64,000 nucleotides of DNA from contig CM120642.1 in the NCBI GenBank assembly GCA_051362555.1, positions 6,820,001-6,884,000 of the forward strand, read 5' to 3'. This stretch comes from Lingula anatina (lineage: Eukaryota > Animalia > Brachiopoda). A program made the position numbers and the translations under genes. The notes beneath the pieces were generated by a model that saw only the letters and a list, made by a program, of their open reading frames with translations, did no database searches and was not told where the DNA came from. This document shows, in pieces, positions 1-13,297 of this stretch (position 1 is its first letter; every line of letters starts with the position of its first letter).

Positions 1-2884
1 CCAACAATTCGACGGAAAATAAACGCAGTTCCACACTGGAAATCTAAACATACAATGTAATCTGTGGACTTATCGAAGGTGATTTTTATTCCAACTGAGA
101 TATCTTTCAAGATGTAGACTAAGTTTTGGACTACAAACGTACAAGATGAAATACAAAACCAACCGGCTTTGTCATTAAATGATTAGCAATTTGATCCGTT
201 TTGAAACAGATCAGTCATCGGTCGATAGTTTGGTCAGCACGTTTATGTATATACAAGACCATTGGCAATTCTTTCGATTAAGTTGCAGTAAAAAGGAAGA
301 ATAGGTTTATTGATCAATCAATATATTTGGTGACCAGGATTTTTTTTACGTTGATCGCAACAGATTAACGTTGATCGCTGTTGCTGTGCGATATCATGAA
401 CGTCCACGTGCTTGGGCTTCTCTGAACAATTGTATAATTTTAGTTGTATAGAGAATGATACTAATATGCAACTGCGTCCAACTGATTCTTTCTGGCAAGC
501 AAGGACTATGTTTCAGATAACCCAATTGGTGAAGATTCTCACAGGACCCAACCGATTCATAGAAAATCAGCCGTAAATTGGATCTTCTTAGTCATTTTAT
601 GATATCACCAGAAGTATCTACACGTTCTAAGCTGAAAGTTCTTTTAACTCTCTTTATTTGCTACATTGGTATATTTGACGCTGGTTTTTCTTGTCAGAAT
701 ATACATATACATAATATACATGTGCATATGCTACTTTCGAGCCTCGATGCTTGTTGCAACAAAAAGCATCGTTGTTAAAACGAAACACATCATATTGTTA
801 ACCTGATTTTAAAGTGAAGTCGTTCCACACCAACATAACCAATATAAATGAGAATTGACTGCGAGACGGCCCCTACTCCTCGTCCGTTTCGCATCCGGTA
901 CATGTTATGAACGATGGAGATCAAATATAGCGACTCACTTGATGGTGTTATAAATTGTCGCATATTCCGAGTGATTTGACCCCATGTGCATGGGTGGACA
1001 ATGTCTTCTGTATCAGTGGTCGGAGGCGCCAGCACGATTTAAATACCATTACCCGAGCCTATCATACTAATAACGCGGGGCATTAATCCAACCATTAACA
1101 ACTAACTGAACGTCGTATCTGCGTTAGTCGTAATGGCAGTGTCGTTTTGCTTGATGACGTTTAACAATTTTATTGCTCTGTGAGTCAGTATTCTGGCCAT
1201 ATCGTTCATATTCTTGGAAATTGCATGTTGTTTGCATCAGAAGGGATATGGGTTCATTTCCCCCTATTAACTACCACTGCGGTTTTCTTAACTGGAAGCT
1301 ATAAATATTCTACCGTGTGACATATTGGTAATGCATTTCTGTACTATAGGCGCTGCTTTTTGAATTGAATTCTTCTCGTACATTTTATTTGGAAATCGTA
1401 TTGATAATAACATATTTACCAACTTCTGTACGTTTTAAAATAGGTGTGTATTTATATGAGGTATGAGGTGGGGCTGTAAGAATCACCTTTTCTTTGCCTA
1501 AAAAAGCACGAAATTCGCTTGGCATTAAGAATTCTTCTCCCAAAGGCATTTAACGTTTGCAAATTTAAGTCAGATGGACCAGTTACATATTCGACATTTC
1601 TTAAATTTTCGAAATATTGAATTTAATCTGTTATTCTTCTCAGGTGCACATGCAAAGCCCGAACACTCAAACCCAAAACGTTGTTTTAAGACAAACAAAC
1701 TAGGCCTACATGTTAAAACAAACTACCTGTATTTACTTTAACCGAACTGAAATATTAAAAAAAATAGACCCTTTTCTCTTCTATCGCAATTCCAATTCAC
1801 GTATTTTATATGCAAAAGTGAAAAAATGTATACATGTAGGTATTTCTCTAAGTGATGCTCCGTAGAACATGATAGAGATTAAGAAACTTGAAAACAGGGA
1901 AACGCTTTTACGCTGAATAGATTTAAGGTTTTCTCTAGTAATAATCAAAAGTAATGTACATGCAATAGAACCAAAGTAAACAGAATGGTCACACCGCTGA
2001 CGGACCAAATTACACATACATGTTCTCATATACTAATTAATACATGTACGGGGAAAGCAAAGGTTCTTTTTAAAACATGCCTGTAAACGTATAGAATACA
2101 CATTAGATTATAGGTGAGAAAGTAGTACAAATGTAGGAGTAAATATATATACATATATTCATATCCAAATAATACTGCGGCGCGGTGGTATGTTTTGTTA
2201 TATTGGTGCTGATGTTCCCATTTCGCCCAAGAACGAAGGATGATGATGATAATGATTGTCATATTTGCCCTGCAAATTCTGGATGTTACATAAGTTCAGT
2301 TTAAAAATCACTGACAGACCGCGTGTTGGTCGACCACTGTCCTGTTAGTTCGTGTATTTTGCATAAAAGCCAGTCAACCGTGCCTTTTCCGAGGAGTTAG
2401 TCGGTTGTATTTATATAATAAACTGAGAAAGAGGGTCTTGATATTAGATAAACCATTTGATAGATACTCACGCCTTAGGGACAATATTGCATTGCAGAAA
2501 AAATTCCAATAAATATGACTTAAGTTATTGACAGTATTATTGCAATCATGTAAAAGGACTAAAGTTTTGATAAAAAAACGTAAATATAAAACAAATCATG
2601 CGACAATGAAATATGAAGAGATCGAGAGACGCGGGAAATTTGCCTAAAATACAGCTGCAAAACCCAGTCGTTGGAAGAAAATAAAGATCATTTCCCGCAA
2701 GAGGGAATACGCTTTTCATAAGTTCCAGCCACTGCGGATGCACTCTCTAACTGCATTCTTAGAACGGCAAAATGAATAAAACACGGCACGATGACTCACA
2801 CAATTAATAGAAACAGCCAAAGAAATTACTTCGTAAATTTGTGAGAAAAATGTCTTTTAAGATTAATTTACGATCCTTGGACTA

Positions 2885-2975
2885 GCAACCAATAAAGGTA
2901 AACGGCAGGACATCAATATCAAGACGACCCAATCAACGGACCACTTGTATGAAAGGCGGTGGCGATGACTCAATC
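2885..2975 (+). promoter_or_regulatory. Candidate Pol II promoter (two CCAAT boxes, weak TATA-like, AP-1 site)
   Basis: CCAAT at ~2889 and ~2929, GTATGAAAGG at ~2947 and TGACTCA at ~2966 in CpG-retaining sequence. A donor-terminated exon-like segment follows. Confidence 0.35.
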
Positions 2976-3224
2976 CAGATTTTTTCTGAACACAGATAGT
3001 GAGGCAGAGAAACCTTCAGCGGTGCACTGAACAGAGGTTGTGACAAGTGCATTTACTGGGTTTACCTTGGTGACACGGAAACATTGGATAAGGCAAAGAT
3101 TTCTAAACGCGTGAGAATTTGCAATCATTCGATGCCCAGCACAGAATGAAGCTAGCGCCACGAACACTTTGACTTCAAAGCAATTCAACTACAAAACGTC
3201 AATTTGTATATGGTGTTCAAACAG
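2976..3224 (+). other. Candidate first exon (5' end approximate)
   Basis: Ends at CAG|GTAGGT (donor 3225). Contains short uORFs and a final ATG GTG TTC AAA CAG (3210-3224) running into the donor. Confidence 0.3.
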
Positions 3225-6200
3225 GTAGGTGCTTTTTTTCACCATTTACACATGTATTCGTATCTTTTGTATTGGAAAGTCGTAATAATAGGATCAAACT
3301 TCACATTTCTTCCGATCCCCCTTTTTACGAGGCACACGTCGTTTCAATCATCTACAACTTTGATAGTCTTTGTAAGTTATCTTAAGGCAAGCGAGATAAA
3401 TTTGTTTAAATGTTTTCCCTAGAGCGTCTGTTTCTTATTTCTATGCAATTCCATCCTCCCATCTGTCAGTTGTTTCCAACAAGCTCAGAATAATGAAAAT
3501 GTTATTGCTTTTTATTCGTTTATCTGCATGAAATTGAAAACTTTTATTGATCTCGCTTCTCTCTCTTCCCGAGATGAAGCTATAATAGAAAGAACAAGAA
3601 ATCCTAGAATTTAGCGGCAAAGTACATGTAACCTACACATATTCTATTGTCTTATTTTGAAAAGTTACCATTTACGAACTTTGAAATGATAAATGATTTG
3701 GACCCATACGAGCAATGATAAATGTTACTTGAAAAGTTTGTCAAAAATAATAAAAAAAACTACTGGACTCTAGGCATACCAGTACTTTTATTTATATCGC
3801 TATGAACAAAGATAAGGTTGCTTAGGCTATCTAACTCCACATACAATAATTTGTCATTCTGGAACCATAGAATTGTTTTTCCGTCGAACTCAGACTAAAG
3901 TTTACACTATCTACGTAACAGACCACCGAAAGAAGCACCCAAAAGCAAAGCGGGCATTAAGTTGATGAAGAAAGTGGTATGTGTATGGCTTGCTTGCAGG
4001 TGCTGGTTTTACAAAAATGTCTTAATCTGAAAATTGGTCTAAACTTTTGGCCCAAAATCTACTTTTCCCGAGATGTATCGGTATTAGTCAAATCATTTGA
4101 AAAAACGTTTGTTTTATAACAAAAAGGACGCGGCTAATGCTTCAGACCAATACCTTCTATATTTAAAAGTGGGCTATCAAGAATTGACAATGCAGTGATA
4201 TTTGGTCCAAATGTTTAAAGACATTTTCGTACTGAATTTCCTTGTAAACGGCTTCACTCTATTTAGTTAGTCCTTAGTATTAGAGACCGTTGGTCAGTGG
4301 CATTGAAGTGTTACCAGTTTTTGGTGTCTATTTCTTGTAAAAGTGAACAACAACGTCACTGTTCTTCAGTACAAGTGTTGTATCCTTGGACGTAACCTAA
4401 GGGATTGTATGTTCTGCATGTACATCCATGATCTGGATGGCTAAGTCATTTGAAAACACAAGTGCCAGCTGGTAATTGTTGTTGTACAGTTCAAAAGGTT
4501 TTTAAAACTGGTACTAAAATGTTCGATAGCACAAGTGTAACAAAGTTTGTGTGTAGGCGTACTTGATCAGCAACAAACGGTCCTACTCTATTAGAACCGT
4601 GTCATAACCTTATGTGCACCTGTGCAGTGTATGGTTATACATGTAGACATGTTTTAAACACTTAAGCAGCATTCTTAACACAAGAGCGGGTCTGTTATAG
4701 GTGGTTTGTTGAGTGATTTACAAAGCTGCTATTGACACACCCATGGAAACGCTTTGTACATAGCCATGCAAACAAGAAAACATGTTTGTCAAAGGCACGT
4801 AAACATGGTAAACATGACAATTGAAATTACAAGTTCTAAAGTGTTCGAAACCTTTATATGTACGATCTAGTTGGAGGTATTTCATACCATTGATGTAGCT
4901 ATGCTGGAGGCGTACAACTTCAAATAATTCATTTTCTAAAACATAACTGCAAGCATACAATGACATAAAAAGATCTCTCGCAACACCGCATGTTTTTTGC
5001 GCCAATACACAGAATGTACTGGGCTGCCGTTTGCTTAAAAATCAACTGCGGAAAAGCCCTACAAGAGGAACTTCATCTCGTTGTCTTGCCGTCTTTGAAC
5101 AACGGGGATACTTTGTTCTGTCCTCAAACGCATGTTTAATCCAGGTGAGAGAAAAGAAAACTGATTTCAATGATTCTCTCACTGAATCTTTACGCAATGA
5201 CAATCACGTCAAATAAAAGGTCGCATAATACAAGCAGCGCGCTGTGATTTCCCTGTATATGCAGTTTACTTAATCGATCCGTGGGCGATGACCCCGGGCG
5301 AACTATGTGGTACTTTGTCGTGATTGCAAGTCAAGTGTCTTAATCCCATGGAAGTACAATGTCCTCTTGAGTCCGGCCAGTATGATGTTTTGATGCCTCA
5401 GAGACCAGATGGTCAATTGACCTTACATTGGCTTAAGTTGGTTTCGAGTTTTGAAAGGTTGTCTAAAAGGGAAGCCATGTTTCATACACCTGACTACTTA
5501 TATTTATAGTTATCCGTTTATCTTTTATTTTTTCTGGCTGGACGAAAATGCTGTTGTTCACATCACCATTTGGTTGTATCATTTGGTTTTAGACCCTAGA
5601 AATCCAACTAACGTCATTGGATTTCTTGTAGTAATACCGAAGGGATGTTTATTTTGAATGGATCCATGGAACCTTTACTAGATGATTGTTACGTCTATCC
5701 AGCTTCACTGCTGACTTGATCACATTTGAAGTTCAGGTGGAAGTAATGGTGTCATTATTAAATTTCCAGATTAAACTGTCATGGGATGATTTCCATCTGC
5801 TTTAATTTTTTAACCCGTCAATTAGCATTGTCATTCACTGGCCATGGGTATTCTCGTTTGTTTTATTTGGTTTGGTTGAGAATATTTTCGCGAAAGAGCA
5901 ATATGCTGCAAAGAATTTAATATATTATGTTTTAGTATGATTCCTTATTCTCAAGTGTGACAACGCAAATGCTTAGTCACGCTCTGTATTTCTGCGGTTC
6001 CTGTTCCATACCGTTCTCAAGTGACAGGGTTAGCATCCATTATAAAGATGGCAAATTGCACAGAGATTTCTCATCAAACACCATGTTGACCTTATTAGTG
6101 TGGATCATTTTTGTATGTAATTGTCTGGCATCGAAGAGGCAAAGTTTACGGTAAAAACCTTCCTCTGAGACGCGAGGAAGGGGAAATCTTTGAAACTGTC

Positions 6201-9200
6201 ATGAGCTCTAATGAAACCAGATCATTGCGTAATCAGCAGTTGCAGTTTTTTTACATATTAAGTCTGAATGCTGCTTCTTATAAAAATCTCTTCCTTTTTA
6301 CTTTTATCATTTTTGATGTCAGTCTAATCAAATTGCTCCATCATACGAACGTTATACAGAATGGCATACATTTCATGACATTGCATGGTGATTTCAGTTT
6401 ATTGTTTTTCGCGTTTTTAGTTATCAGTGGAACATGGGCTAGAATAAGTCCGTTAAACAATAGGCCATCAATCTTATGAAATTATGCGGTGCTACAAGTG
6501 CACGAATATAAAGGGTTGGTTGCACTATTTGCACTATATCCAAAACATATTGAGTGCACACATACATTTATATTTGCGTTTGTATGATGTATTAAACATT
6601 CTGGGTGTTTTAAATGTTGAGACCACAAAATGACAAAACCTGTTTATGAACAAAGTATAAAGTACTTAGCACTGCCATTCATAATACCTTTATATAAGGT
6701 CATCTTCAGCAAGAAGGAAAGGTCGTGGGAGCACATGCGTTAAGGCGTAGGTATAGGTATTACAGTGAATTCTCAACGATTCCGAAATAAGATGACCGTT
6801 ATGGACGGAAGGATTCACTTTTGGCAAAATTCCTTCATTCCACAGTTGAGTCAGCGTTGAAGCAACCCAATTGAATCGTACGTTCAACGTTTTGTTCAAA
6901 TATATGCTGTCAAGTGTATTCACCGGCCGACACTTCTTGTCAATCCGACACCGTCTGTACTAGCTAATTCGGAATCAATACGAAGAAAAGATGAAATAAA
7001 ACCTATGCTTAACGTGTTTTTGACATTTTACCAATCGGTCAATAAGGGTTGATAACGGGTTGGTATCGAGATTCAGGTCTGCAAGAGATGCGTTCAGCCG
7101 GATCGATAGCCCGTTTATTTCTGCGGCAAAATCGCATCAAAGACAGTTGAATGGAACAAACAGTGGTGAAATCCCCCGTCTGAAGACGGTTCGATGATTG
7201 GCGTCTTCTTTTAGTCTTTTTACGTTTCAGTTTTTTAAGTAAAATAATTGACCTATAAGATATGACAAAGCTTCAAGGTAACACTGATTATAATAACAGG
7301 TCCTTAAACAGGTTTAAGAATGTATGGCGCGGTTATAATATAAAAAACCGCCTTTATGAGTTTGAGTTTTCTTTATCGAGTGTGATTTCAGACTGCCAAG
7401 AAATTCTGTTATCCTGATGCAGATCTTAAGAAAGAACCGGCGTCAGTAATTTCGCCGTGAAATTAGCTTAACAATATAGCCGGGCGCATCGCATTGCATT
7501 GGGCAGATAAGAGCCGACGCCTTTGTTCCTTCTCTTCTTGGCAGGATACCTGAATGTAAACCAATCTTTTTATGTCATAGATTACTGACCGTCTGGGAAA
7601 TCAACCCTGCTTCCCAATGCTGCTTGTTAAACGTCTATCTAAAGTTTCGATACTAAAAACACCTCAGAATAACCCGCTACTGATCACATGAATAACATTA
7701 CAATTGCGTTTGTTAAGAACGCATCGGCATCATGTGTGTGTTAGAGAAATACTTTCGACCTAAACTGTACTTCATTACCCATCGTGATGAAATGATCTCA
7801 GAAGCTGGTTTGGAAGCCACACTTATATACTTGAAGGTATATTGATTGATTTTATTAAAGGGATAAGAACTCTTCATATGAGATTCAAAAATCCACAATA
7901 AATACATTTTTACAACTCACAGAAACAAAATAAATTCCATTTTCTCGCAAAAATTCTGGAATCAGTGCTTGCTAACCTCAGTAAAAATCTCTTATTTATT
8001 TATTTTCTTAACGATTTTGGATATGGTGTAGCCTGCGACAAAGGGTAAACTTCTGAAGTTTCAAGGAAAATGCATGTTTTGGTGCCTAAAGGTCTAACGC
8101 GCATATTATGACTTTAGAGTTAAATGCCTGTCACCCGTTAAGCGATGAACGTAAGTCGAAACGCTCTTTACCATGTTAAAAGCCACTGTTATGAATAAGT
8201 CATGTGTCCGCTCGATACTCGTCTTTCTAATACTAATTTGCAAGGTAAATATCAGACCTGGCTACTCGATTACACTGAATGTTAAACTCCAGGTTAGATT
8301 TTTAGTCTCTGAAAACAGATAGGATGAAAGCGTATGGAGTCAGGATAATGAATGAAAATATGAGCAACCCTCGAGAATTTGGGTCTATCAAAAAACGCAG
8401 TGCAGTCATTATATTCCTAGTATCAAATTGGGTTGTTTTTTATTGATGTTCGATTGGGAATTGGCGTTCTAACAAAAAACTTACAGGAGGGGGGATTTTG
8501 GTTCGTGTATTATTGCGTACCGTCAACTACATACTATTCTGAGGAAGACAAAAGTGAAGAAATTTGGGCATTTCTCACGCCTTTTGACGGGCATAAGTAT
8601 GTGACTCCCTTACTATCCTAAGGTTAAATATCTGTCAGTTTTTTTATTGAATATGGCTATACACTTTCAAAAAAATTTCCTTGAATATAATATTTCACCT
8701 AGGCACTATGACCCAGTGGAACAGTGGTTCATAAAGAACTTTCAAAACCATTTTAATACGTGACCACACTTCAATTAAACGGTAAATGATCTAAAGAGAG
8801 ATTTTTCTAAAAATTTCAATGGTCATTTTGGGCCACCATGGAATACTCTCATCATGGCATGTATGCATTTAATATCTCACATTTTTTCAGGACATGACTC
8901 TAAAAGCCGGTAGCCGGGTGTTTTTTGCGATTATGTTGCAACAAAGACGTTGAATTTCGCTTACAAACCCAAAATGATACAAAACACTTCTATCGAACAT
9001 GTTTCATCCCATGAAGTCGCATGCACGAGGGAGATTTGGCCTTACTAGCTTCTCCCGGTAATTAGTCAAGTTTAAACTCAATAGACAAGTATTGTCAAGT
9101 GAACCACCCAATATCTCCGGTCTCTTTTATGTTAGGACGACTTGGGATATCAGCTTCAAACTGTGCCATTTTGAATTCTTCTGATTCGAAGATATGAGCC

Positions 9201-9256
9201 ATATAGTCAGCGTTAAGTAACATCAACAATAGGTTATAACCCGAAGTTGTTAAGAC

Positions 9257-9297
9257 TGTGTGTGTGTGTGTGTGTGTGTGCGTGTGTGTGTGTGTGT
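9257..9297. repeat. (TG)n microsatellite, possibly inside a decayed non-autonomous element
   Basis: Direct TG run, preceded by a small hairpin (caac..ggttataacc..gttg, ~9225-9249). Confidence 0.9.
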
Positions 9298-9753
9298 ATG
9301 AACGCACGAAAATACAAAGCTTGGCGAAATAACCCATTTTTCATCAGACTAGTACTTTTCCAGCGCAAATGTATACCCTGATTAGTCTTTTGTATCCAGG
9401 GAATATGAATAAGACCTTTTTTAGAACAAAATTTGATCACTCAAAGAGAGCAAAGCGTAGAAAATCGTATAACCTTTAATACTCTCTTGAGGTTTCCTTC
9501 TCATTTTTTCGAGCCTCATGTACAAACCCTTAACGAAAAGGTTAACCTCTTAAACAAGCACACGGTAGTTTTTTGTGCTTTATCAAACCGTTTTCACAAC
9601 ACCAGTACCTTGACCACATCATCGAAGCAGGGCTTGTAAGCGAAGAAGCAAGAACGGAATAACCACAGCTGAAACAATGTAGGCCTACTCGTTTCATGTT
9701 AAGTTGAAATAAGGCGTTGTTTCTGTAATTGGCAATCATGGAACACTTTACAC

Positions 9754-9799
9754 ATATGATAGAAAGTGATTGTTACAGATATGATAGAAAGTGATTGTT
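9754..9799. repeat. Tandem duplication, 21 bp exact, period 25
   Basis: atatgatagaaagtgattgtt at 9754-9774 and 9779-9799. Confidence 0.9.
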
Positions 9800-10246
9800 T
9801 GCACTTTTCACCCTTATTTTCACAATTTTTTTAGACAATTCCTAAAATGATGTGTGTTTCGCAACGCCCGCTCATTATTCATTTCAAATTAGGATCGGTT
9901 TTGTGCATACCCTTGATTAATAACTCAATTCTGAAGGTCAGACTATAATGTCCTGTTTCGCCTACTGAGCTTCTAGAGAAATGGCAAAATAGACAGGAAT
10001 TGAAATGTGCTTTAGTACAGGTCAAACCCCTTAGCAGTATGCATTGTCTGACACTTACAAACAGAACTACATGGCATTTTCAAATACAAAAGATACAAAA
10101 GCAATCACTTTGTTTTTGATTGCCATATGGATACCAAACCGCGAAACTCCATTTCTTGGCTTTTAACACAGCACCAAACAATTGCAGATAAATTTTGATT
10201 GCAAAACAGAAGCAGACCCGCATGACTCCACTTTGCCTTATTTCAG

Positions 10247-10511
10247 TATTGCCTGTCATGGCGCTATTACTCGTTCCTAATTGCTCTCCTGTCTTGAAGC
10301 CTTTGAGGCAGTGCATGAAATACACATGCAATACTCAAATACTCGCCGCCATTGCCCACAAGTTGTCAAACCAAGAAATTCATTGCGCCTGCTATATGAC
10401 AATTAACTGACATTAATCTGGATGCTGCACTCAGGCGAGTGGCAGTGCAGAACGCCAAGCCAGAGGCCCCTCCAGGATCTGAGCCAGCGTTGGTTAAAGA
10501 GGCAATAAGTG
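10247..10511 (+). pseudogene. Decayed coding-like exon (one in-frame stop, one frameshift)
   Basis: Acceptor ctttgccttatttcag at 10246 and donor G|GTAATT at 10512. Reconstructed peptide: IACHGAITRS*LLSCLEAFEAVHEIHMQYSNTRRHCPQVVKPRNSLRLLY/QLTDINLDAALRRVAVQNAKPEAPPGSEPALVKEAIS. GC is higher than in the flanks. Family not recognised. Confidence 0.35.
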
Positions 10512-10605
10512 GTAATTTTTATTAAGTTTACCTTTCTGTTTGCAAATTTATTAAACTTAACTTGTCTGTAAATTGCAAATTTATTTAACTTTACTCGTCT
10601 CCAAA
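10512..10605. repeat. Degenerate ~33-bp tandem repeat (2-3 copies)
   Basis: ttgcaaatttattaaacttaacttgtctgtaaa followed by ttgcaaatttatttaactttactcgtctccaaa, plus a weaker upstream copy. Confidence 0.7.
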
Positions 10606-12139
10606 TGATTTGTTACTTCTTGGATAGTATGGGGATTGGTCCTCATGGTAGAATATCATATTTACCGAATATGAATAAAGGAACTACAACTATCTCGTAT
10701 AACCTCCTGAAGCAATTAAATGTCGCGTGACTTCTAAATGAGAAAAAAGATGTAGTGTACTTTGCACTATAGTATTTCTCGGTTGCTGTCAATATGGCGG
10801 TTAGATTTGGATATTGGTAGTTGAATACCACAAGGAATTCCACTGAGTTGTACTTTTCCATTTTCTAATTCCATGAATCAGATAAAAGCATGGGTACACA
10901 TGTCTATGCAAATATCAAAGTAATCTTCTACCTTTCGTTTAAAAGAGATGAAGGTTGCATTTTACCAGTGTACTTTTGTTATGACACGAACAATGTAGTC
11001 ATATATCTGAAGGCTTCACTCACTTTTATAAAGCTTAAGCATAAGCACATGTCAAAGTCTTCGGTCATTTCCGTAGCATTATACTGTAGGATATGCTTGA
11101 AGAGCAAAGTGACGCCCTGCATAAAGCAATTGCCAGAAAGAGCACCATAAATTATCAAGATTGTGATTAAATATAGATCGTTAATAAAATTCTCACTTGA
11201 CATTTACCTGGCGGAATGTAGCTTGAATAATCCAATGTAATATCGGGTTGGTTCCATTGTTCTGGGGAGCCGTGATTATACAAGGGTAAGTCAAGTTTTT
11301 TTTTTAAACAGCATTTAGATAAAATGGCGATACAGCATTAGCTGTCTTCACCTAATGTGTATTTGTAAATCTGTATTTGTAAGAAGAAGCACTCACCAGT
11401 ATCTATCGAAACTATTGGAAGTTGTTTATCAGAAGACAGATCATGTATTTGAGTATACGATTACAGGTACATGTAGTTTGCATACATGTAACTATATCTA
11501 ATAAAAAGTTGGTGGTTTCTAGGGAAACTAAACTTGTTTCACTATCTGTAAGACATTGCGTTTACTAAAAGGGCTTTTATCCTGACAATACGAGGCGTTG
11601 AGTTTTATCAGACTCGGTTTATACATTATTATCAACATTACACAAGAGACAACGAAAAACCAATTTCACCATAACTGGTTTTGTATGTAATAATATGTAA
11701 TTACACAAAACAACTGAAATATACATATGAATATAGTGATGTTAAGGAATGATGAGAATCTAAACTGCATATGTAACGGCATAGGGAGAAATAAGGATAA
11801 AGAGAAATCGCACATTTACAGGCCAAGATGGTATATTTTAGAATTCTTAGCTTTAACCCCATATCTTTATATCTACAGGAATATGACGAATGTGGAGTGT
11901 GACTTTAAAGAACTGTAAATTGTTTCATTCCACAAAAAAGTGAACATTTTAGCCATTTTTGCAGTTTTATACCATAGTACGCTCCCATGTGACAAGAGAC
12001 CAACAGCAATTGAAAAAGTTATATAAAACAGTTGTGTAAAAATTAAACAAAATGTGTTCGTCAAATGTCCACTTTTAAATAAATAACCCTATTATTAAGA
12101 ATAACCAAACTCCCTCAAATAGCTAGATATTAGTGACTC

Positions 12140-12393
12140 GGTGTGCCCCCGTAAGAACCTCGGATACAGCGCGGTGCTAACGGGTCGCGAAATCTAAATG
12201 AGGCTATTCCTTGGGGGCTGCGCTCTTACTCATACTTATTCACCCGTTGACGTAGGATGCTTTTTACTCAAATAAATACGACAGGCGATTAATAGAATCA
12301 GAAGCTTTTTAATCCATGTCAGAAAATCGAATCAGTCCCGACCTTTGCTGGTTGGCGGTGACACTGCCGTCTTTCCAACTTGACTAATTGTTT
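12140..12393 (-). mobile_element. Decayed tRNA-derived SINE-like element
   Basis: Minus strand reads TAGTCAAGTTGG-AAAGACG (A-box/D-arm like, 12375-12386) then AAGGTCGGGACTGATTCGATT (B-box like, 12325-12345), followed by a GC-rich body. No complete cloverleaf; 3' end approximate. Confidence 0.4.
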
Positions 12394-13127
12394 CCGCTGG
12401 TTTCCACGGAGCAGATGTCCTTGTGGATTGAAAATAGAAATAACATAACTGCCGCGGCATATTCGAAGTCACGGTTTGCAATACTGTGAGATATATCATT
12501 GGTGACACTCATTCATGTTTAGCTCTTCAAAGCAAAAATTTCATCGGAACGAGTACGTTCTAAGCAATGTGCTATTTTTTACCTTTGAAGTTGAGCGTAC
12601 TTTTGCATTTTTACTGACTGAGATTTTTTCAAACCTTTTCAAAACCTGTCCAAATACTGGAGACTTTATTGCTTCTCTTAAATATGGTTCAAAGTGTGAT
12701 TCATTAGAAAAAAACAGCCAAATACAAACAAGAAATTATAAAATAAAATATCAAATATAAATCGGCCTGCGATTAACTCCTGTAAATATTCTGCCTCTAA
12801 TACAAACGGCTCCTGGCAACGAATCACTCTGGAACAAAGCCGTACAAATTAAGAAAACCACAAAGGACGTTCATAATGCTGACATATGACAAGATAACGA
12901 GGAAAGCTGCAGTTGGGAGGACAGTTCACGCACGTATCCAGTCAAATGGTAGTAGCTTTTTATCTGAAGGGTTTCATCTGCAGGGATTCTGGCACGGAAA
13001 TCAAAACGGTCTTGTTACTAATATTTATAAAAGGTGTCTTTACAGATTGGAAAAGATTGTCACGAGAAAAAGTGTGCATGTTCTTATGTCAGATGGCGCT
13101 GAAACAAACACAGATCACAATAAATAC

Positions 13128-13297
13128 ACCTTGTAAAGCAAAACACATCAAAATCACTTGTGAAATATTGGTGGAATTTAAGCATATGAAGTCTGGCCAC
13201 TTCTTATATCAGTAATATATGGGAGAAGTTATTGGAGCCCATCTTGTAAGCAAAATACATACACAATTTGGGGAAATTATGGTGAAATTAACATATT
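13128..13297. repeat. Diverged ~113-bp tandem duplication, probably the internal repeat of a non-autonomous element
   Basis: cttgtaaagcaaaacacat...gaaatattggtggaatttaagcatat (~13130) versus cttgtaagcaaaatacat...gaaattatggtgaaattaacatat (~13243). Confidence 0.55.

Noticed and set aside
11203-11291. Strong donor AGG|GTAAGT at ~11286, and similar isolated donors at ~15123, ~35898 and ~37296
   Set aside because: No matching acceptor or promoter context; such hexamers are expected many times by chance.
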